Source: a virus (Duplodnaviria; Caudoviricetes). Taken from it: a stretch of 53,374 bases of DNA. Positions 37,201-44,093 of this stretch are shown here, in pieces. The notes under the pieces are model-generated. The model worked only from the letters and a program-made list of their open reading frames with translations. It was not told where the DNA came from and made no database searches. Both the position numbers and the translations under genes were made by a program. Position 1 is the stretch's first letter, and every line of letters begins with the position of its first letter. Where the stretch lies: positions 1-53,374 of IMG/VR virus record IMGVR_UViG_3300034994_000033; one strand, written 5' to 3'.

Positions 37201-39440
37201 ACGCTGATACCGTAAGCAAGGAAACGGATGAATCCCGCAAGGCGCGGCAGAATAATCCGGGCGGAGAAAAGCAGACGGTGCGGGCCGATCGGGTGCGGCT
37301 ACCGGGATGGAACTTCCCCGGTAACGATGTCGTGAGGGAAATCAAGAAGATCGTAGATGAGTTGGAAGGGAGTTTCAAGCAGACTGACGACGGCGCGCTG
37401 ATCATGTTGTTTTCGAAGGGCGCCGGGGCAAAGGCGCTGCAACAGTTCAAGGATATCCGGTTGCTTGATGAGTCAGGCGCGGCGCTTCATAAAAACCTGG
37501 TCTACCGCCGTTTTGTAGCATCGAAAGGTACGGCGAGAAAACAGCTTCGCAATGTAAAGAAAGACCTGGCCGGCGCCATGCCGGTTCATTACAGGGATGG
37601 CCAGAAATATTCTGCATCTATCGGCTTCAAAGAGCAGGTAAGTGAAGATATGTACCGGGACGCAATCGGTGAAATGGCGACCGAACAGATTTTGAATGCC
37701 TCTATCAACAAAGCGTTGGCACATGGCGAGATTGGCAAAGACGAAGCCAAGGCAATGAAAGAAGCCTTTATACAGGACATTGCCGAATCCTTTATGGCCC
37801 GTGGAGCGGGATCATACCAAATCCGGCGATTGAATCGTCTGATCGAAGGTTATGACCGGACCGGTGCTTTGGGCAAGTTTGAGAGCTACGTACAAGGCGT
37901 CAGCGGGATGCTGTCAAAAGCGCAGTATTCCTTCGACCAGCATGAAAATCTGAAGCACGTCACGCCGGAAATGAAGGATTATGCCTATACCTATATCAAG
38001 GATACTCTCCGCAACATGGGGACCGGTGACCAATGGTCAGGCAATGCCCGGGCGATTGCGTCGATCTGGTATCTCGGCTACAACTTTTCCTGGATGCTGG
38101 TCAATTCGACTCAGCCTTATGTGCTGGGGCAGTCGGAGTTGTCGCGGGAGACCACAAGTCCGGTTATCAAGATTGCCAAGGCGGAGAAAGATATTCTGAC
38201 CGGTAATCTATCCGCCGAAGAGAAGTCGCTGTTTGATGAAATGTCGGTCCGCAGTTCGGATCACGATTCGGTCATGAACGAAATGGCCGGTGCCGGAGAT
38301 GGCGGCGATGGTAAGTGGTCTAGGCGCTTGGGCAAGGCCGTCCAGACATCGATGGCCGTTGGCCAGAAAATAGAGGTCTTAAACCGGCACACCATGATTC
38401 TTGCTGCCTATCGGGTGTTCAAGGGCGAGAAAGGCCAGGCGCAGGCTGAGGCGCTGAAAAATGCCCTGCGCGTCAACAGCATGGTCAATATCGACATGGG
38501 GCGCCACAATCTGCCGAAGTTTGCGCGGACCGCCTTGGGGAGAACCCTCTACACGTTGGCTTCGTATATCCAACATATGCTTAATCTTCTCTACCAAAGA
38601 AGCACCAGCGGCAACCGTGCCGATCAGAAAGCGGTACTGCGGCTGTTGTTCGCGATGTTCCTGCTGGGGGGCCTGCCTGCCGGGGCGCCGGGCAGTGATG
38701 AGCTGGACAAGCTGATTCTGAAGTTTTTTGGCTATTCGCCTAAACTGGCACTGAAAGCTTGGACGCGCAAACAGGCGGAAAATTATGATTCAGCCGGTGA
38801 GATGGTAGATGCCTTTCTCTGGCATGGCATGCCTGGTGCGGGTAAGCCGTTAGGTATCGGGGTGTCACTGACCGGGGCCACCCAGTTACGCGTCCCGATT
38901 ATTTCCAGCGTCATTGCCGGTGACGATATGACTAAGGCGGTGGGAGGCCCGATTGGCGGCTTGGTGTCTAAAGCCTGGATGGCCGGCAAGGCGGCCCAGC
39001 GTAACGATTATTGGCGGATGACCGAATATCTGATGCCGACTGCAATAGCCAATCCTCTGAGTGCGGTCAGGCAGGCGACCGATGGGGTCAAGACCGCCTC
39101 CGGCAAGCGGGTTGAATACAAGGGCAAGCAGTTGAAGATGGAACCACATGAAGCGGCGATAAGAGCCTTTGGCCTGCAGCCGGTCCGAACCGCCGATATC
39201 TCCGAGACGCGTGGTTTCGAAAAGGGCACCCAGGCCGAATGGAATGACCGCCGCAAGGATGCGCTGGACAACTACCGGATGAGCCGGCAGCTCAAGTATA
39301 TCCAGGAATTCAACAAGGGTCTGCGCGGCAGTCAGGCGCAGGGACTGGTATCGCCGATTACTCCGGAGTCGCTGGCGAACGTCTGGGGTAAAACCAACCA
39401 GAAGAAAAACAGATGGGAACGCGAGCACGGGGTTGATTAA
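28206..39440 (+). CDS. Giant polyvalent internal virion protein (~3,745 aa)
   Basis: PPase-like domain (GNYKKGH..HYGYIKGT..DHIDVF..DEHKV, ~30530-30930); LPD5-like EDFGEKIGGARKD; LPD1-like AFGARG..LAHEWFH; kinase-like GTEHKV..DIRPANV..FIDP (~34270-34830); HELAH zincin (35211); ART-like WHGGP..GEGNQAYGYGLYF (~35610-36300); helical C-terminus. Likely GTG start at 28206. Confidence 0.88.
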   Translation: MADSIVLSKDDVGEDILQPKSIVLSMDDVGTDVLPKVRNPRVLSSSDLGRNILEPEPVDSSKIKMFTNDRARTGGMQSVLGIASQSDRNARALADDVSNAVATAPATVVSGAVRGAGSLQVAVAQAKAPGFLPGMGYVDNSGKTIPVDDGGDIFTPPDRSYYTKRYTGMERSGFDKMDQADVVMAQIKQDAPVSSPIVDKYLREGFSQAGNMLPTLPLAAIPVIGPELSVQMMARGAGADAIKKGREIGLTDDEIDDYVSKQVGPEYVGERLSIGPMLAMLNNKVPFFKALGTHQLAEISSEIGTSHFQLAADKAYEKPGLSREERNRIYDSWINMDAQRNDPKAMTEWANNMKDTAITTLGMTHVMGAAGGAHRVATTISAPAETDAITRGMDFTGADEAALIRSMPPERAAAYLKKKQQAASAQIHGNEPLSSPPPATSYQNEGYDDIEDMPAPKGPLENAASQAVTTTGPDTAPDNIPPFTPPETPVTTESVPPIDVSGGTAPPSAVREITDADQTDFENAVLWEIKLRESGRSAVPDIEGESARDHAWRLLETYRKAITPLVAGDTSGAVEETQHPAPAALAAGDTNGFLTSLGYPKIRNADHFETGGIGAIKNNEYESPPMPGDVAESLMGQATAAGLSATAAPYMMTRKKLDGSFETIPAGSGRVTVKISQAQEKPDGATDTVPALPGASEVERPGVGVPEVQGKDTGSENNLPQPGGMNNDLSSVRQETGVPQEVPPVRVRENASIDEAAHAAATSPRNDVPEPTTAQIEAGNYKKGHVNIHGLDISIENPAGSLRKGADENGKSWQTEMAHHYGYIKGTIGKDKDHIDVFVGPDQQSGKIFVVDQIDPKTGELDEHKVMMGFGSLPAARAGYLANYDKTGAQRIGAITESSVDDFKQWLKEGDTRKAFAPQVTKVTTVTSGISTSVRRQLDTSKDSLQLAVAKLGGINRAELDQQTGTGKDLAHTLNSMASKEGGTFLHTIKSTGLPLDTMREALVENGYLKPADDINTLLDKLDGASRGEVHRSTHAADTGDAAYSEAETRYAEMIGAMTNEEYEEYSRNQWLDEQAEELAAAADIIDEYLSGFDEEKMTAADWQEVENDLKEALDAEISSGNIEENKEPGQEDAAGEAQGVHVGGEGDTADKSQAGTGKNVEQQNKLFATPSTFGTKPQPKTTNRDVSTSGLLDGFTKDDSVQPGLPGGTTETKSLTDKVNETESAQTDNSGPATSSEKTKLEDFGEKIGGARKDYAAKLDHAKTLDIATEPFAKTWPEPDYLKMLADGFDEQHVSLVRALRDEIPDKPRKSWKLQPWVKLVESLRDHAELALQGKSPVLYKVLKETEFVNSSAQDIAGRAELYHAVGHDVSLRGVTLKKNFWNLYHGEKDVTKWQVEGKQKATAFGNMPRELGIGNTKAEAIDDFKSKISTLAPGEKGKKTTEFIIYQYRAKDKPGHYIGKKIGQDYLDLQKFDDAKAAREYLNSHRTELEAQLASMKNVPNERRDVNNPRSGEDYRGGKDVTPEMFTNSFGFRGVEFGNYVEGSKRQNDLNNAFDALNDLAGLLNIPTQAISLNGELGLAFGARGHGGKHAAAAHYESDKIVINLTKNQGAGSLAHEWFHAFDSYLSRTRGYKGDFITDKTVKYGPADGTRQELIDAFIDLRKNLNATNMKTRSRELDKTRNKDYWSTGIEMHARAFENYVIDKLTDSNTSNDYLANINSVSEYADAMLHGFMTGKTVNDLYPYLLDSEKAAVVNSFDKLFATLQTKQTDKGVALYSNPLFDPALVVSSLSGLAKNLKEDIPKLVKLGQVVIREGAGKYQQFLAGMKQYLGDKWDTFKLQMLKIYHQAKAAYAKSSNPLFDPALVVSSLSGLAKNLKEDIPKLVKLGQVVIREGAGKYQQFLAGMKQYLGDKWDAFKLQMLKVYHQAKAAYAKSSTAEKEANFALAQPDNNDIVTEKGAAHESDSGEFYVPRRISETRDGNRAERNRADAEAVARAVQGTVRTTEGAEYPEPGLNELKGAQKKFYARLKALEETALLQHMQETGEFPSAGFVAAWKREGEQAGTEHKVAVAPDGRTVRKFGDAAVNHTWTDYLQRIALHNSLFPLTEYEYKGLSTIAGHLHAVVDQVAIAGENIVQAKQADIDAAMKELGFEPFIRSQYAGKPTEVSPMARLWVRRSDNKAVWDIRPANVLQNSDTKTLYFIDPVVEQLPDGYDIGKLTPLEIGEDGAVVGSRFQFIDGEVVPRDDAQFKLTGSPAVSGVKAVEAQAWVSTLPIAKRVNVVQSIDDLPAAARSEITKAQVNPARVQAMELQGTIHVIADNVPDLRRVKALVIGHELAHAGQTDKVVDIAVDWFTRNKDTKTEQALAAQAILEKVAAGYGYNLDNVKQFRRAVQEATAALAEQVADGTLKPIGLMHRLMLYLKHWLRQNGLISHVSDSELYQAVAEMLRIGEKRLSVGKGGDEAQFAAAWHGGPHDFSTFDSSKIGTGEGNQAYGYGLYFAGNKEVAEFYKDMLSKNQRAFDPELVDAKAGLRDALAEVDNLGFDTFGEVLKTLRQYPQNWFDMYEVTPEEAATISKFLAAYEKRIKETQGKLYQVELAPSEDEYLLWDKPLSEQSETVKTALAEYGDYPGTLTGKQIYKQETGGNAGNSNSPIVSQELHSLGIRGIKYLDGTSRGKGEGNYNYVIFNSADVEIKAKFALSDEIKSNIERVSESTLLGNLKGIVEPGTLARFAKNIPDAEDVKDTLASILANDTLSGFAQDHLQTPLMVTEQHPDFLPVYETAKERDENKMNYVVRMLGGLFDKEGKPALWDKVKDTLFNWDTGKETAYGQLLRETKLTSEERRMYDELVFEADIMGAEYSSLEYANRNPRIKKMDVTPRVFDFYQKSMALQESARKVHIAIIIELMHKAGASLEKIAATLARNHAETEDVSEESLKNELMELMAEMEKEGKSIDTIARHVADYRGMVLKRKGRVHRNHGEGNRTVDVFHHITSLDFDADTVSKETDESRKARQNNPGGEKQTVRADRVRLPGWNFPGNDVVREIKKIVDELEGSFKQTDDGALIMLFSKGAGAKALQQFKDIRLLDESGAALHKNLVYRRFVASKGTARKQLRNVKKDLAGAMPVHYRDGQKYSASIGFKEQVSEDMYRDAIGEMATEQILNASINKALAHGEIGKDEAKAMKEAFIQDIAESFMARGAGSYQIRRLNRLIEGYDRTGALGKFESYVQGVSGMLSKAQYSFDQHENLKHVTPEMKDYAYTYIKDTLRNMGTGDQWSGNARAIASIWYLGYNFSWMLVNSTQPYVLGQSELSRETTSPVIKIAKAEKDILTGNLSAEEKSLFDEMSVRSSDHDSVMNEMAGAGDGGDGKWSRRLGKAVQTSMAVGQKIEVLNRHTMILAAYRVFKGEKGQAQAEALKNALRVNSMVNIDMGRHNLPKFARTALGRTLYTLASYIQHMLNLLYQRSTSGNRADQKAVLRLLFAMFLLGGLPAGAPGSDELDKLILKFFGYSPKLALKAWTRKQAENYDSAGEMVDAFLWHGMPGAGKPLGIGVSLTGATQLRVPIISSVIAGDDMTKAVGGPIGGLVSKAWMAGKAAQRNDYWRMTEYLMPTAIANPLSAVRQATDGVKTASGKRVEYKGKQLKMEPHEAAIRAFGLQPVRTADISETRGFEKGTQAEWNDRRKDALDNYRMSRQLKYIQEFNKGLRGSQAQGLVSPITPESLANVWGKTNQKKNRWEREHGVD
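30253..30381 (+). CDS. Overprinted (+1 frame) 42-aa zinc-ribbon microprotein
   Basis: AGGAG RBS 7 nt upstream; MALQIQCPHCQGRPKWNGREWECPKCKARIPDQKIIYLNPEE. Confidence 0.6.
   Translation: MALQIQCPHCQGRPKWNGREWECPKCKARIPDQKIIYLNPEE
30385..30591 (+). CDS. Overprinted (+1 frame) 68-aa zinc-ribbon microprotein
   Basis: GGAGG RBS; MICPACGKKQASRKKCHQCGSGK... Confidence 0.55.
   Translation: MICPACGKKQASRKKCHQCGSGKMHRLMKLRMLPRHLHGMTFRSRRPPRSRPAIIKRDMSTSMVLISP
31549..31689 (+). CDS. Overprinted (+1 frame) 46-aa basic helical microprotein
   Basis: TAAGGAGG RBS; MPKSAAETLKRIKNRAKKMPPEKRKAFMSAVKVILRTKVRQVQEKM. Confidence 0.5.
   Translation: MPKSAAETLKRIKNRAKKMPPEKRKAFMSAVKVILRTKVRQVQEKM
33539..34012 (+). 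repeat. 237-bp (79-aa) near-perfect tandem duplication inside the giant gene
   Basis: Units 33539-33775 and 33776-34012; only a handful of substitutions. Confidence 0.95.
34045..34072 (+). promoter_or_regulatory. Putative internal sigma70 promoter inside the giant gene
   Basis: TTGCAC-16 nt-TATAGT with TGn extended -10, just upstream of AAGGAG and ATG 34093. Confidence 0.55.
34093..34254 (+). CDS. Overprinted (+1 frame) 53-aa protein just before the kinase-like domain
   Basis: Own promoter-like element and AAGGAG RBS; MNQTQESSMSPAEYQKHVTEIGRKEIALMPKLL... Confidence 0.55.
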   Translation: MNQTQESSMSPAEYQKHVTEIGRKEIALMPKLLPGQFKAQCERLKAQNIPNRD

Positions 39441-39454
39441 CGCTTGAATTATTA

Positions 39455-39485
39455 TTTATGTTGCGGTAGCTGTTCAATATCATAA
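39455..39485 (+). promoter_or_regulatory. Late-promoter motif copy 3
   Basis: TTTATGTTGCGGTAGCTGTTCAATATCATAA before the lysis module. Confidence 0.65.
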
Positions 39486-39527
39486 TGAATACATAAAACT
39501 AAATAATCAACCCCTGGGGGAGCTGCG

Positions 39528-39998
39528 ATGCCGGAAGTGGAGGAAATCAGGAAAGAGGTTTTTAAGCTCTGTAATGCGCTGGCCGGGATAACGCCGCTTG
39601 TCACGGAAGTGCATGGTCAAATGCCGAGAATTGCCGAGGCGCTGGAAACACTGGCCATGATTACCGCCAAGCTGGAGAATAATACAGAGGACCATAAACG
39701 GATCCACTATCGAATCACAGAGATAGGAACCACGGTCAAGACGTTGTCTGACAGCTACGACGCATGGAAGGAATGTCACCTCGTCTGTATGACTACCAAG
39801 CAGGTTGAACGACGGGTAGAAAGATTATCGTGGTGGACGAGGGCTAAAACAAAAGCCGGCGACAAGGTGGTTGAAATCGTGACCCTGGCGATAGTTTCCT
39901 TTGTCGGCTGGATGGTGATATCACACCTGAAGGAATACCCTAAAACAGCGCCGTATTTGAACCGCCCCGCCGTAGAACAAAAAGGGAGTAAAGGGTAA
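39528..39998 (+). CDS. Coiled-coil protein with C-terminal TM helix (lysis module)
   Basis: GGGGAG RBS; IVTLAIVSFVGWMVI. Confidence 0.7.
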   Translation: MPEVEEIRKEVFKLCNALAGITPLVTEVHGQMPRIAEALETLAMITAKLENNTEDHKRIHYRITEIGTTVKTLSDSYDAWKECHLVCMTTKQVERRVERLSWWTRAKTKAGDKVVEIVTLAIVSFVGWMVISHLKEYPKTAPYLNRPAVEQKGSKG

Positions 39999-40450
39999 TG
40001 TTCGGAGAATATAAACTGATAGCCTTTATTGTGGCAGGGGTATTACTGCTTGGCAGCGGCGTGACCGCCGTATTGTCATATAACCATTACATCAAGGTGT
40101 CCGCCCGGCAGGAAGAACAGATCAAGGGGCAGCAGCAACAGATCGAGAACCGTGACCAGGTGATAAACGATCAGATACAGAGACAGTCGGAACTAAAGCG
40201 GTATCAACGAAACGCCGAACAACGCAGTGTCGCGTCTGAAAACCGGGTGAAGCAAATACTGTCGATGAGGAGTATCCGTGATGAAAAAGGCAACATTGCC
40301 CCTGATGATCCTGTTTTGGGTGCTCTTAACGGCATGTACCCCGGCCAAACTGCTGAAAGTCCAGCCGGCCATACCCCCGGAGCCGCAGTGCCGCAAAAAA
40401 CTGTTGCTCCCGGTCCGGTGGCAAGCGGGAAAGATGTATTGCCTGAGTAA
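39998..40450 (+). CDS. Inner-membrane spanin (Rz-like)
   Basis: N-terminal TM helix plus coiled-coil; overlapped by a lipoprotein gene. Confidence 0.75.
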   Translation: MFGEYKLIAFIVAGVLLLGSGVTAVLSYNHYIKVSARQEEQIKGQQQQIENRDQVINDQIQRQSELKRYQRNAEQRSVASENRVKQILSMRSIRDEKGNIAPDDPVLGALNGMYPGQTAESPAGHTPGAAVPQKTVAPGPVASGKDVLPE

Positions 40451-40580
40451 TGATCAGGCCGCAACAAATATGCTGGCAAACTACGAAACCGCCCGGGCCT
40501 GCTTTTCTGACTACAGCGCCTGGGCCAGGGAGGTAACACGTGGCGTTCAAGGACGATCAAGTGAAAATGTGGCTCAGTGA
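40278..40580 (+). CDS. Outer-membrane spanin lipoprotein (Rz1-like)
   Basis: GAGGAG RBS; signal peptide with LLTAC lipobox; Pro-rich; overlaps Rz in another frame. Confidence 0.75.
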   Translation: MMKKATLPLMILFWVLLTACTPAKLLKVQPAIPPEPQCRKKLLLPVRWQAGKMYCLSNDQAATNMLANYETARACFSDYSAWAREVTRGVQGRSSENVAQ

Positions 40581-40881
40581 CATAAAAAGGTACATCGTGC
40601 CGCTCCTGTTCCTGTTGTTTCCGGTGGCGCTCTCCGGAGGCGATTGGGCGCAGATAAGAGTGCTGCTGATATTCCTCTCTGTCCTGGCCGGCGCGTCCTG
40701 GTTCTTTTTTCTGATGCTGTCTGAGAAGGCCGGGAAGGGGCTGTTGCCGGATTTTTCACTGAAACCGCTGCTGGAGAGTGCCGTGGAAAATCCGATAGGT
40801 GCCGCGCTGGTAGTCGTCGGTTTCTTCGCCATGTTCTGCACCTTCCTGCTGGTGGTGGCGTTCCTGGTGGCACCCCGTTGA
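40540..40881 (+). CDS. Putative holin (3 TM)
   Basis: GGAGG RBS; three hydrophobic helices; directly before the endolysin. Confidence 0.7.
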   Translation: MAFKDDQVKMWLSDIKRYIVPLLFLLFPVALSGGDWAQIRVLLIFLSVLAGASWFFFLMLSEKAGKGLLPDFSLKPLLESAVENPIGAALVVVGFFAMFCTFLLVVAFLVAPR

Positions 40882-41537
40882 AAGTGATTATCGCGGTCAT
40901 ACTGCTTGTCGGGAGTGTCTGCGAGTCGGTCTATGCCGCGTCTAACCTTGATCGCGCCAAGCCATACCTGATCATAATGTCGGACGTGATCCGGACCTAC
41001 TGGCCGGCTGCGCCCGGCAAACCGATCATGGCAGGAAAGATAGAGCAGGAATCGGCCTGGAAAAACAAGGCCACTCTCAAGACCTCCCGCGAACTCGGCC
41101 GGGGCTTGGGACAGATGACAATTGCTTACCGTACCGATGGTTCCGAACGCTTTAATATCTATCGCGATGCCGTCAAAATGAAGGCTTTGAAAAACTGGGA
41201 CTGGCAGGCGGATCCCTACAACGTCCGTTATCAGCTGACGTTCTCGGTTTTGACAGACCGCTCTAACTTCGGCACGGTGCGGCCATACGCCGTCAACGAC
41301 TATCAGGCGTGGAAGATGGCTCTGGTCTGCTATAACGCAGGGCAGGGACGCTGGTTGTCCCGACGCCACAACGCTAAAGCGAGAGATCGCCCTGCCGACA
41401 GATGGGACGGGGGGCTCGATATGACCTATTCAAGCGGTGAGGCGAAGCTGCTTTATGGCCGGCCGCTTTACGAGGCGGTGAACGAATATCCCACAGTGAT
41501 ATTCAGCAGGGCGCAGAAGTACAAAGAAATGTTGTAG
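40878..41537 (+). CDS. Endolysin, SLT-type lytic transglycosylase with N-terminal signal sequence
   Basis: IEQESAW, GRGLGQ, ALVCYNAGQG motifs. Confidence 0.88.
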   Translation: MKVIIAVILLVGSVCESVYAASNLDRAKPYLIIMSDVIRTYWPAAPGKPIMAGKIEQESAWKNKATLKTSRELGRGLGQMTIAYRTDGSERFNIYRDAVKMKALKNWDWQADPYNVRYQLTFSVLTDRSNFGTVRPYAVNDYQAWKMALVCYNAGQGRWLSRRHNAKARDRPADRWDGGLDMTYSSGEAKLLYGRPLYEAVNEYPTVIFSRAQKYKEML

Positions 41538-41801
41538 ATGGAAAAGGAATACATCGAAATCCTCAGGCCGTGCTTGCATTTCCAGGGGATACAGATAAAG
41601 AGCCCGGAAGCCTTCAGAACTTTTGCAGCTGCGGTTGATGTGATCGAGGGCACGGCCGGAATACATTCATGCAGGATCAGCATGGAAGAAATATTCGTCT
41701 GCCCCGATATTGTTTTTGGTGAGATAGAGAGCCCAACGCCAATGGAAAAACTCTTGATAGAGTTGATTGAATCAATGGCCTGCAAGGGCCGGGATCTGTA
41801 A
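41538..41801 (+). CDS. Hypothetical protein
   Basis: Abuts the endolysin stop. Confidence 0.6.
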   Translation: MEKEYIEILRPCLHFQGIQIKSPEAFRTFAAAVDVIEGTAGIHSCRISMEEIFVCPDIVFGEIESPTPMEKLLIELIESMACKGRDL

Positions 41802-41802
41802 C

Positions 41803-42078
41803 ATGGGAAAGCTTCTTTGCCTTCCAACTTCTACTGAGCGTGGGCCTCACTTTTCAGGAGAGGCCCATTGTCTCCACTGTAAGCACGAATGGATTGCCGT
41901 CGCCCCTGTTGGGACGATAGAACTTGAGTGCCCGGAATGCAAAACCATGAAAGGGCTCTTGCGCTACGGCTGCGAACCTGAAACCGCCTGGGTCTGTGGC
42001 TGTGGTTGCCATCTGTTTATGATCTCTCCACAAGGCACGATCTGCTGGAAGTGTGGTGAGTATCAGGTGGGTTTTTAA
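41803..42078 (+). CDS. Cys-rich double zinc-ribbon protein
   Basis: CLHC, CPEC, CGCGC, CWKC. Confidence 0.7.
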   Translation: MGKLLCLPTSTERGPHFSGEAHCLHCKHEWIAVAPVGTIELECPECKTMKGLLRYGCEPETAWVCGCGCHLFMISPQGTICWKCGEYQVGF

Positions 42079-42123
42079 ATAGTCAGCGCAGGTTCTGGAA
42101 TTGTCTGGAATTTAGGTAAAACA

Positions 42124-42153
42124 AAAGGGCTTGCGGAAACCCGCAAACCCTTT
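42124..42153. terminator. Probable bidirectional terminator beside attP
   Basis: AAAAGGGCTTGCGG-AAAC-CCGCAAACCCTTT. Confidence 0.7.
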
Positions 42154-42158
42154 ATTTA

Positions 42159-42203
42159 TGGTCGGTGCGACAAGATTTGAACTTGCAACCACTAAACCCC
42201 CAG
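42159..42203 (-). other. attP: attP core: 3' half of tRNA-Pro(GGG)
   Basis: Minus strand CTGGGGG-TTTAG-TGGTT-GCAAG-TTCAAAT-CTTGT-CGCACCG-ACCA; no 5' half; adjacent to the integrase 3' end. Confidence 0.88.
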
Positions 42204-42232
42204 GCAAAGAGCGCACCTTGTAAACACGCTGT

Positions 42233-43385
42233 TCATGTGGTTTTATCCTCTTTTTTTATTCCGGAAATTGCAGAGGCAATTTTTACCGCTTCACTTTGTA
42301 AATATTCCGCCATCAACTTTGTGTAGTCTTGAGTTGTTCTGATATCTTCGTGACCGGCCAGTTCACGGACAGCCGCTACCGGTACTCCGGATATGATAGC
42401 GCTGGTGACAAAGCTGTGCCGCATCAGATGGTTGTATACTCGCTTGTCAATCCCAGCCGCTATCGCTGCTGATTTTAAACTCTTCTTGATATTGGTGTAC
42501 GGTCGTTTGGTTTTCGGGTTTACAAACAGGTAGTCACCAGGTTTTTTTCCTTCAATTGTTTCTGCCAGGATCCGGCGTAGGTCATCGGTTACTATTGGTA
42601 CGACTCTTGTTTTATCTCCCTTGCCTGTTATGATAAGCGCGTTGTTGTCAATATCGATATTTTGTTTGCGTAATGTCAGAGCCTCGGTTTTACGCAGTCC
42701 GTTTTGCACCATCAACATTGTTAGTGTCCGCTGAAATCCTTCCTTCTGGTTCTCTATTAACCTGGGTATTTCTCCCAGCGACAAAACCACTTTGGCTTTT
42801 GCTTTCTGCTGGCTTTTTGGAAAGCCCTTGGGGAAGTCCCCTACCGTGTATTTTTCTTCATCCTTGCACCAGCGCAGGAACGTTCTGAAATAGTTCAGTT
42901 CAATCTGGATGGTGCGCTTACAAATGGTTCTCGTTTCTACCAGACAACGAGCGGCATATTCTTCATCGGTTTCGGCGTTCTTGTCGTTTGCCCTATCCTT
43001 CCGGTGCTGCCGTTTTTTGGGGATGATCTTTGTTGCCAGACGCGCGGCTTTATATGGTTCGTAGTCGCTGTTGCAGGTATACGATGTATTTATTACCCAG
43101 ATAAGGAATGAGTTTTTTGAAGGCCAACATACACAGATCGTGTGTTTTGGGGTACATGGTGGCATGCCAGGTGAAGAATTGTTTCAGGAGGTCAATCACC
43201 TTAAGCCGGCCATTGTTTTCAGGGGCAATCCCCCGAAGCTCCCGCTCGTGTGCAAGGGCTCGGGCCTCGGTGCCCTGGAAAGGGATGTATTCCGTTGGTA
43301 AGTAGTTCTTGGAGCCTTTGCGGCCGTGGCTGATGATGATGTACCACCAGCCGTGGCCGCGTGTCGGGTGGGGTTTAATTGACAC
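42233..43385 (-). pseudogene. int: Phage tyrosine integrase split by a frameshift near 43065-43075
   Basis: N-terminal ORF 43050..43385 and catalytic ORF 42233..43165 (GLRKTE, GKGDKTR, HLMRHSF, AGHEDIRTTQDY) overlap in different frames. Confidence 0.8.
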
Positions 43386-43680
43386 CTTGCAGGTCCTTAA
43401 GGAGTTTCTGCTTTTTTGCTTTCGGCAGTTTTCTGACTGCGGCTACCAGTCGGGCGGTCAGATCGTCGTCATCAGAGAACATGCTGGATACAGATTCGTG
43501 AAAGTAATCGGCTATCTTTTGAATATTGTCTACCCTGGGGAGAACGTCCAGGGCAACGTAGTTGTGCAGGCTTGGCACCGGCAGGTTGAGTGTTCGGGCC
43601 AGTTCGCGCAGCTGCATTGGTTTTGTTTTTTCGTCTGGGGGTTCCAGTTTTTCAAGGAGCAGGCGCTTGTAACGGAGCAT
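43375..43680 (-). CDS. XRE-family HTH regulator
   Basis: LRELARTLNLPVPSLHNY..PRVDNIQKIADYF. Confidence 0.85.
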   Translation of the reverse strand: MLRYKRLLLEKLEPPDEKTKPMQLRELARTLNLPVPSLHNYVALDVLPRVDNIQKIADYFHESVSSMFSDDDDLTARLVAAVRKLPKAKKQKLLKDLQGVN

Positions 43681-44093
43681 TATGGTTTCACCTTTTGTAG
43701 TTGTTCAAGCTGCTCAAGGGTCATGTACCAGAGTTTGACGTTGCGTTTTTTGGCGGTACGGCGGATGCGCTTGTAGTAGCGCCAGTCTTTTTCTGTTTCG
43801 ATGATGAGGACCATTGCCGGGTCGGAGCCGGTGATCCGAGCGTAATGGATTGATTGCCCGAGCGCTTCCATTGCTTTCGGGGCGAAGTCGAATTCAATGG
43901 CGTAGTTTTCGGTAAGGCAGTCTACGCGGCTGCCGTCGTGCAAGGTTACTTCGGTGCGGCCTTTGGTGCACCAGGCGTCACGGTACTCGGCTTCTTTGTG
44001 GAGGCGGCCGGCGTGGGCGGTGGTGGTGGTGAAGAGAAAAACTGCTAATACAATTTCAATGAAGAATAATCTCTTGGTTTTGAAGTGTCTGAT
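43680..44093 (-). CDS. Secreted protein with PD-(D/E)xK-like pattern; start codon appears to be ATC (or a lost ATG)
   Basis: RVDCL..AIEFDF..EALGQSIHY; the frame extends upstream to a signal peptide (RHFKTKRLFFIEIVLAVFLFTTTTAHA) with AAGGAGG 6 nt before ATC. Confidence 0.6.
   Translation of the reverse strand: MRHFKTKRLFFIEIVLAVFLFTTTTAHAGRLHKEAEYRDAWCTKGRTEVTLHDGSRVDCLTENYAIEFDFAPKAMEALGQSIHYARITGSDPAMVLIIETEKDWRYYKRIRRTAKKRNVKLWYMTLEQLEQLQKVKP

Noticed and set aside
28206-39440. N4-like virion RNA polymerase or tape measure protein
   Set aside because: No RNA polymerase catalytic motifs recognised; domain content fits a polyvalent ejection protein and there are no long-tail genes.
42159-42203. 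Complete tRNA gene or prophage boundary
   Set aside because: Only the anticodon loop to CCA is present and phage genes lie on both sides, so it is attP.
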